Shown here: piece by piece, positions 46,543 through 51,516 of the stretch
How positions within the stretch are numbered: the stretch's first letter is position 1
Layout: the number at the start of each line of letters is the position of its first letter
From: a virus
Lineage: Duplodnaviria > Caudoviricetes
Virus record (IMG/VR): IMGVR_UViG_3300033232_000065
Span: 1 to 51,516 of that record
DNA: 51,516 nucleotides
Direction: 5' to 3' (one strand)
The notes under the pieces: generated by a model
The model's input: only the letters and a program-made list of their open reading frames with translations
What the model was told of the DNA's origin: nothing
The model's database searches: none
Made by a program: the position numbers and the translations under genes

Positions 46543-47072
46543 GCGCTCCCAAATTGGATTCCAACGATGGATCTCTCGCCCTTCTCCTTCGCCACCTCGC
46601 GCCGGTACTGCGCCCGCATCTTCAGCAGATCATCCCGCTTGTACTGGACGGACTTCCCATTGATCGTCAGCGCGACGATGGCGGCCTTCGGAGCAGCGCT
46701 CTCCAGCGCGGTCTCGATCGCATCGAGCATCTTTCGGGCGTGGGAGCGGTTGTCCGTGTACGTGTCCGCAGCGCCGAGATAGGGGAGGAGAGTTACGATC
46801 CCGCTTCCGACGGTGTACCGCTCAATATTCGGCGCCGTACCCTTCTCGACCACGGCGGCCCACTGATAGGTGCCCTTGAGGTATGTGGCGGTCACACTGC
46901 CAGCGACAGCCACATCGTAGTCGTCGCCGTCTGCGGTTGCCTCGATGTCGATCACGGTCAAGCCGAATCCGCGGAAGGCGAATTTAAGCGTCCACTCCGT
47001 GGCGGGATAGTCGACGACTGTGGCGGTCCACGCCCACGTATCCCCTATTTGCAGCGTGTCCGGAGTTATCAA
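46539..47072 (-). CDS. Head-tail adaptor (gpW-like C-terminus)
   Basis: RSHARKMLDAIE...TINGKSVQY..DLLKMR; immediately upstream of the portal. Confidence 0.75.
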   Translation of the reverse strand: MITPDTLQIGDTWAWTATVVDYPATEWTLKFAFRGFGLTVIDIEATADGDDYDVAVAGSVTATYLKGTYQWAAVVEKGTAPNIERYTVGSGIVTLLPYLGAADTYTDNRSHARKMLDAIETALESAAPKAAIVALTINGKSVQYKRDDLLKMRAQYRREVAKEKGERSIVGIQFGSA

Positions 47073-48496
47073 TGGGCCTTCCTCCTGAAAGTACGTGATC
47101 CGGGGAATTGCGTTTTCCTCGAGAGGATGAATTCGTACGGAATGACCGGCGGCACGAACAGGAATCTCGTTCGCCGATGCGTCCCCCGCCAGCCGATCGC
47201 CGTAGACGCCACCGTTGCTCCGGCGAGTTGCCCCGACAGGTCCGCCACAACCGGAACCGTACCCGCTGCGGCGACCGTTGCCCCTTCAAGGACCACGGAG
47301 AGTTCCGCGGTACGACTATCGTCCGTGGAGGCGGTCGCCTGGAGCGTGGCGCCGGTGAGAGATACCGAAACATCCGCCACGACCGGAACCGTGGCGCCGG
47401 AAGATACGCCGGCGCTCGCAAGTTGCACGGACAGATCGGCGGTCCTTGAATCAATCCCTGATGCCGTGGCGGATAGCGTAGCGCCTGCAAGTTGTACCGC
47501 CGCATCCGCCCCCACCGGAACAGAGACACCCGATTGGACGGAGGCTCCTGCTAGCGCCACCCCTGAATCGGCCACAACAGGGACGGTCGCCCCGGAGGAA
47601 AGGGCCGCCCCCTCCATCCCGGCGGCAAGGTCGACTACAACTGCTCCCGAGCCTTCTGCCTCGAGGGAAGCCCCGTCGAGTTGAACGGATGCCGCTCCCG
47701 CAGTCGGAGCAGTTGCCCCGGAGGATACCGCCGTCCCGTCAAGCGTGATGCCGAGAGCGGCGAACCTCTCGTCCAGCCCGCTCTCCGCCGTAGCGGTGGA
47801 GGCCAGCGTTGTCCCGCTGAGCGTCTTCCCGAGGTCCGCTGCTATCGGAGACGTCGCCCCGGATCCGACCGTCGCGCCCGACAGTTGGGCCGCAAGGGCC
47901 GCCGTGGCCGCCAGCGTCGCCGCCGCCGCACAGACCGCCCCGGCGAGGGAGACGGAGAGATTCGCCGTGCGTTCCGGCAGCGATGCCGTTGTCGTGAAGA
48001 CCTGCGGATACGTCTCCGCGGTGTCGAGCGGGACCGCGGTCCCGGCGATCAGCGTACGGAAATAGTAGGTCGTCTCCGCCGACACGTTCCCGGTAGGGAC
48101 GATCGCCATGTCGTTTTCGGTAACGGTCGATGCGGGGTAAGACACGGTCGACGCGGCTGATTCGCAGTATCTCCCCTTTCCATCCGAATCGGACAGAAGT
48201 CGGTAGGATATGACTTCCCCATCCACGTCCGCCCCGTCCGCGTGATCCCAATGCGCCGCCGCGCCCAGAGAGAACCAATCTGCCTGATTGATTGAATACT
48301 CGAGGATCGTGACCGCGTTGTTAGATGCCTTGCCGCCCGTCTCCGCGATGGAGACGCGGAATCGGAGAATACTTGTGTTATCCGCAAGCGTCGGCTTGAC
48401 GTTCTCGCTGGCGAGGGCATCCCCGACAGATGGCCCGGCGGCATCCGCGAAAACCCGCCAGTTGCGTTGCTTTGGGGTGAAAGCGCTCCCGCCCAT
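47069..48496 (-). CDS. Ala/Gly-rich repetitive structural protein
   Basis: Repeated LAGAT..SGATVPV.AD units, basic C-terminus. Confidence 0.65.
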   Translation of the reverse strand: MGGSAFTPKQRNWRVFADAAGPSVGDALASENVKPTLADNTSILRFRVSIAETGGKASNNAVTILEYSINQADWFSLGAAAHWDHADGADVDGEVISYRLLSDSDGKGRYCESAASTVSYPASTVTENDMAIVPTGNVSAETTYYFRTLIAGTAVPLDTAETYPQVFTTTASLPERTANLSVSLAGAVCAAAATLAATAALAAQLSGATVGSGATSPIAADLGKTLSGTTLASTATAESGLDERFAALGITLDGTAVSSGATAPTAGAASVQLDGASLEAEGSGAVVVDLAAGMEGAALSSGATVPVVADSGVALAGASVQSGVSVPVGADAAVQLAGATLSATASGIDSRTADLSVQLASAGVSSGATVPVVADVSVSLTGATLQATASTDDSRTAELSVVLEGATVAAAGTVPVVADLSGQLAGATVASTAIGWRGTHRRTRFLFVPPVIPYEFILSRKTQFPGSRTFRRKAH

Positions 48497-48497
48497 G

Positions 48498-48755
48498 CTA
48501 TCGTTCCCCCCCGTAGTACAGACCGCACCCGTCGGGCCGCGGATCTTGCGGTTGCGGCCACAAGGCGCACCGTGCGGGCCGGTCGAAATACACCTTGCAG
48601 TACCACCGGGGCTTGTCGTTCATGTTCTCGACGCCCAGACGGTCGCATTCTGTCAACCGGCAACACGCCCCGCACCGCTTGCACGCCCCCAGAAGTGCCA
48701 CACCGTCGGCGGAAAGGATGCGGAGGGTATCGCCGTCGACTATCAGGCGAGGCAT
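48498..48755 (-). CDS. CxxCxxCC Cys-cluster protein (YkgJ-like)
   Basis: CKRCGACC...C.VY.DRP..C..WP. Confidence 0.7.
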   Translation of the reverse strand: MPRLIVDGDTLRILSADGVALLGACKRCGACCRLTECDRLGVENMNDKPRWYCKVYFDRPARCALWPQPQDPRPDGCGLYYGGER

Positions 48756-48758
48756 TGA

Positions 48759-49175
48759 TTAAGCATTGCCTGCCGTCAACCCAAACGTGTTAACCGTAAC
48801 CGCTTGATCTTGCGCGACATTTATATTATCCATTGTAAGGTCTCCGCCGCCAGCCGTCACCGTCACGGTGCCCTGGAGGTGGACGGTCGTCCCGGCGGTA
48901 TCCACGATCCGGAAATGGCCTACATTGGTTCCCGCTCCCGCTCCCGCCGCGCCGGTGCCGGACCACGTGCCGCCCTTCGACTTCACACCGCCGGATGACG
49001 CCCCGAGCCAGTCGGAGGGGAGGGTGATCTCACACAGTAGCGTCCCGGTCTCCGTTGCGGCGCAGTTGGCCTCCACCGCGCCACTCAGGAGTCGAAGTTT
49101 CGGCGCGGTGGAGACGGTCGTCTCGATCGCATCGTTCTGTGCGTCACGTACGGCTACGGATAACTTAAGAGCCAT
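48759..49175 (-). CDS. Structural protein
   Basis: LSVAVRDA...GTLLCEITLP...HFRI...QGTV...GGDL pattern. Confidence 0.7.
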   Translation of the reverse strand: MALKLSVAVRDAQNDAIETTVSTAPKLRLLSGAVEANCAATETGTLLCEITLPSDWLGASSGGVKSKGGTWSGTGAAGAGAGTNVGHFRIVDTAGTTVHLQGTVTVTAGGGDLTMDNINVAQDQAVTVNTFGLTAGNA

Positions 49176-49199
49176 CGGTTCCTGCCTCCTTTTATTTGT

Positions 49200-51095
49200 C
49201 TACCATTTCGTTGCCGACCACCCTTTGCGGGGCATCCTGCCGCGTGGAGTAGGCGTAGGAGTCGTAGGCCCGTCGTCGGGTGACGGCTTATCCGTCTTCC
49301 GGATCATCTCCGCCTGCGCCTCGAGACGCTGCGCCAGTTGATCGAGGTTCGCGTTCAAGGTCGCCAGGGCCGCCAGAGAATAAACATCGCAATCCAGCGC
49401 CTCGTTCCTCGCCCGAGTCTTGATCCATACCTTCGACGGGAAACCGCGGGTAAATTTCGTGACCTGCTTCTCGGCGGTGAGTTGCTTAAAATATTCCTCG
49501 TCGACCTCGGGACGCCGCGGGAAGTGCATGTACCCCGGGCCGTACTCCTCGACCTGCAGCCGGGAGTAGATCAGGCCCTTGCAGGTGTCCGAGCCGACCA
49601 GTGCGAGGACGACCTTCCCGGTATTCTTCCGGGTCGACAACTTGATGACCGGAGCACCGGCGCCGCCGACGCCCTTGATGGCGAAGATCCGCCGATGCCC
49701 CCGGGTCCGCACGAAGTCATACGCCTGTTTCGTCGCGTGACCGCCGGAGTCGATGCAGACGGCGGCGATCCGCAGCGTGGTCCCCAACTCGTGCGCCCAC
49801 ACCCGGGAGAGCACGGCGTCCAGATCCGCCCAGACCTTCGGGTCCGTCTCCGGCCGCCCGGGAATCGTGATCCAGTCGATGAGCCACGATTCCTCGCCGC
49901 GGCCCCATCCCTTAACCGTGACGAGCAGCCGATCGTCCTGTACGTCGACCCCGGCGGTGAGGACGGCAACCCCCAGAGGGACCGGCGCCGTGTACTCCTC
50001 CCGGCGGGACAGGAGCGAGCCGTCGTCGACGGTCAGGCCCTCCTCCTCCCACGTCTCCCCGAGAGAGGTATTGACCCAGACTTTAAGCGTCTCGGGCCGC
50101 TTCTTCGCCTCAAGGAAATCCTCGACGACCTTCTGCCACGCCGACCAGGGGGAGTACAACTCGTTTAAATGAAACCCGGCCTTCGTCGTCACCTCGGGAC
50201 GATCGGCGATCCACTGCCCGTTGCGGACCATCCGGAGCTTGTCGGCCTCGTACAGTTTCGCGCGACAGTGCTCGCACTCGTAATGCACGTCGACCGGGCG
50301 GCCCTTATCGTCCTTCGTAAACTTTATCTGCCCCCACCGCAGGACCTGATGCCCCCCACAGTATGGGCAGGGAACGTGAAACCGCCGCTGGTCCGACTCC
50401 TCCCACTCGGCCTCCACCCGAGACGCCCCCTTGACCGTGGGAGTGGAAAACTTGCCGATCTTGCGGTTCCAGAACGTCTGCGCCCGCTTGATGGCTAAGC
50501 GAACCGGGTCTCCCTCCGACCCCGCAGACGGAGGGAAGCGGTCAATCTCGTCCATCAGGACGATACGCACCGGGCGGGAAGCCAGCCCCGCCGGCGAGTT
50601 TGCGCCGCCGATGGCGATTCTCCCCCCGGGGAACTCCTTCTCCTGGATCGTGTTCCCCGAGTCCCTCGATTTCGGGTCCTTCACTAACCCTTGCAGCGAT
50701 GGCGTATCCCGGAGCATGGGAGCCAGACGGTCACGGCTCCAGACCTTCCCCATATCGACCGTCGGCTGGATGATGAGCATCGGGCCGGGGTCCTGCTCGA
50801 TGTAATACCCAACGACGTTGTTCAGGATTTCGGTTTTGCCGACTTGCGCGGAGGATATGACGACAACTTCTTCAATGGCGGGGTCCGTAAACGCGTTCAG
50901 GATCCCGCGCTGGTACTCCGCGCGGCTGGTATACCACTGCCCCGGCTCGGCACTACTTTCTGGGCTTAGTTTTCTTTTTGCGTCTGCCCATTCCGCCAGA
51001 TTCAGGCGTGGAGGAGCCTTCCACATCCGCTGTATCGACGTAAACGCTTGCTCCAACCGAAAGTTCGTCAAGGCACTCGTGGATATTGCGCTCAA
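49200..51095 (-). CDS. terL: Terminase large subunit, GpA family
   Basis: SAQVGKTE, DEIDRFP, STPT, VPCPYC, GVDVQDDR, RNEALDC. Confidence 0.96.
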   Translation of the reverse strand: MSAISTSALTNFRLEQAFTSIQRMWKAPPRLNLAEWADAKRKLSPESSAEPGQWYTSRAEYQRGILNAFTDPAIEEVVVISSAQVGKTEILNNVVGYYIEQDPGPMLIIQPTVDMGKVWSRDRLAPMLRDTPSLQGLVKDPKSRDSGNTIQEKEFPGGRIAIGGANSPAGLASRPVRIVLMDEIDRFPPSAGSEGDPVRLAIKRAQTFWNRKIGKFSTPTVKGASRVEAEWEESDQRRFHVPCPYCGGHQVLRWGQIKFTKDDKGRPVDVHYECEHCRAKLYEADKLRMVRNGQWIADRPEVTTKAGFHLNELYSPWSAWQKVVEDFLEAKKRPETLKVWVNTSLGETWEEEGLTVDDGSLLSRREEYTAPVPLGVAVLTAGVDVQDDRLLVTVKGWGRGEESWLIDWITIPGRPETDPKVWADLDAVLSRVWAHELGTTLRIAAVCIDSGGHATKQAYDFVRTRGHRRIFAIKGVGGAGAPVIKLSTRKNTGKVVLALVGSDTCKGLIYSRLQVEEYGPGYMHFPRRPEVDEEYFKQLTAEKQVTKFTRGFPSKVWIKTRARNEALDCDVYSLAALATLNANLDQLAQRLEAQAEMIRKTDKPSPDDGPTTPTPTPRGRMPRKGWSATKW

Positions 51096-51342
51096 GCAGG
51101 GCCTTTACCTCCGAAATGTTGGAACATCCAACAATCTGCGGGGAAATCCTGGTCGGCAAACCCAACAAGCGGGCTCGGCAGGCCCCGATCCGGCCCTCCC
51201 ACACGCCAATGACGCCGGAAACAGGGACCAACTCGCCGTTTTTAACGGCCAATTCCAATTCCTTCAAGGATGCCTGGGCCTTCAGTAGGCGGGACCGCTG
51301 GACGGCAACCTTCGAATTATCCGACCGGCTGTGAGTCGCCAT
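50953..51342 (-). CDS. terS: Terminase small subunit (short, Nu1-like C-terminal part)
   Basis: ELELAVKNGELVPV...RARLLGLPTRI...IHECLDEL; upstream of terL. Confidence 0.8.
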   Translation of the reverse strand: MATHSRSDNSKVAVQRSRLLKAQASLKELELAVKNGELVPVSGVIGVWEGRIGACRARLLGLPTRISPQIVGCSNISEVKALLERNIHECLDELSVGASVYVDTADVEGSSTPESGGMGRRKKKTKPRK

Positions 51343-51389
51343 GAAACCTCAGAGGGTAACTTTTTTGGTACAAACTGGGGAGAAAACAT

Positions 51390-51516
51390 GGTCCGAATAT
51401 ACCCCTGACGCAACCTCGCCGGGAGTACCTAAGGTTAATCAAGCACTTACGCATGGTCCGCCATCCTCCCCTCCTTCCCCTCCTTCGCCTCCCTTTCGAT
51501 GAGGTCTTCCTCCCGG
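51390..51516. repeat. Terminal copy of 3609-3735
   Basis: Exact 127-bp identity. Confidence 0.95.

Larger units (their letters stand above)
3609..51389. mobile_element. Complete circular lambda-like siphophage genome (47,781 bp)
   Basis: Terminal overlap; full set of terminase, portal, capsid, tail, lysis, replication and regulation genes. Confidence 0.9.

Noticed and set aside
34481-51095. Numerous long plus-strand ORFs (e.g. 42071-43165, 43050-44456, 44875-45963, 46419-47684)
   Set aside because: Antisense shadows of well-supported minus-strand genes in high-GC DNA; no motifs
51390-51516. Biological terminal direct repeat or att site
   Set aside because: Exactly 127 bp at the contig end, typical of an assembler k-mer overlap; the terminase type suggests cos ends
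1-51516. tRNA/rRNA genes and host assignment
   Set aside because: No tRNA or rRNA recognised by eye; no host chromosomal genes are present, so the host cannot be supported from the sequence

Overview
The window is a lasso-shaped contig with two parts. (i) 3609-51389 is an apparently complete 47,781-bp circular lambda-like (GpA-terminase) siphophage genome. The last 127 bp (51390-51516) exactly repeat 3609-3735, as expected for an assembler k-mer overlap. It has head, tail, lysis, replication, CI/Cro-like switch and recombination modules. It also has a two-frame C5 methyltransferase, a ParB-HTH-MT-A70 methyltransferase next to a PD-(D/E)XK nuclease, an Acb2/Tad1-like protein, and an HNH gene nested inside a DUF5131 gene. 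No integrase was recognised. (ii) 1-3608 branches off at the putative cos region and looks like part of a phage satellite: a second TerS, a shortened paralogue of the helper capsid protein and two small ORFs. The most unusual feature is at 1-699, a tandem array of ~125-145-bp variant cassettes of the variable, palindrome-containing, pre-HTH segment of two genes of the phage itself (11632-12720 and 14035-14694). The cassettes are joined at the short direct repeats that bracket that segment in the resident genes. All product calls come from motif recognition and synteny only; no database searches were run.
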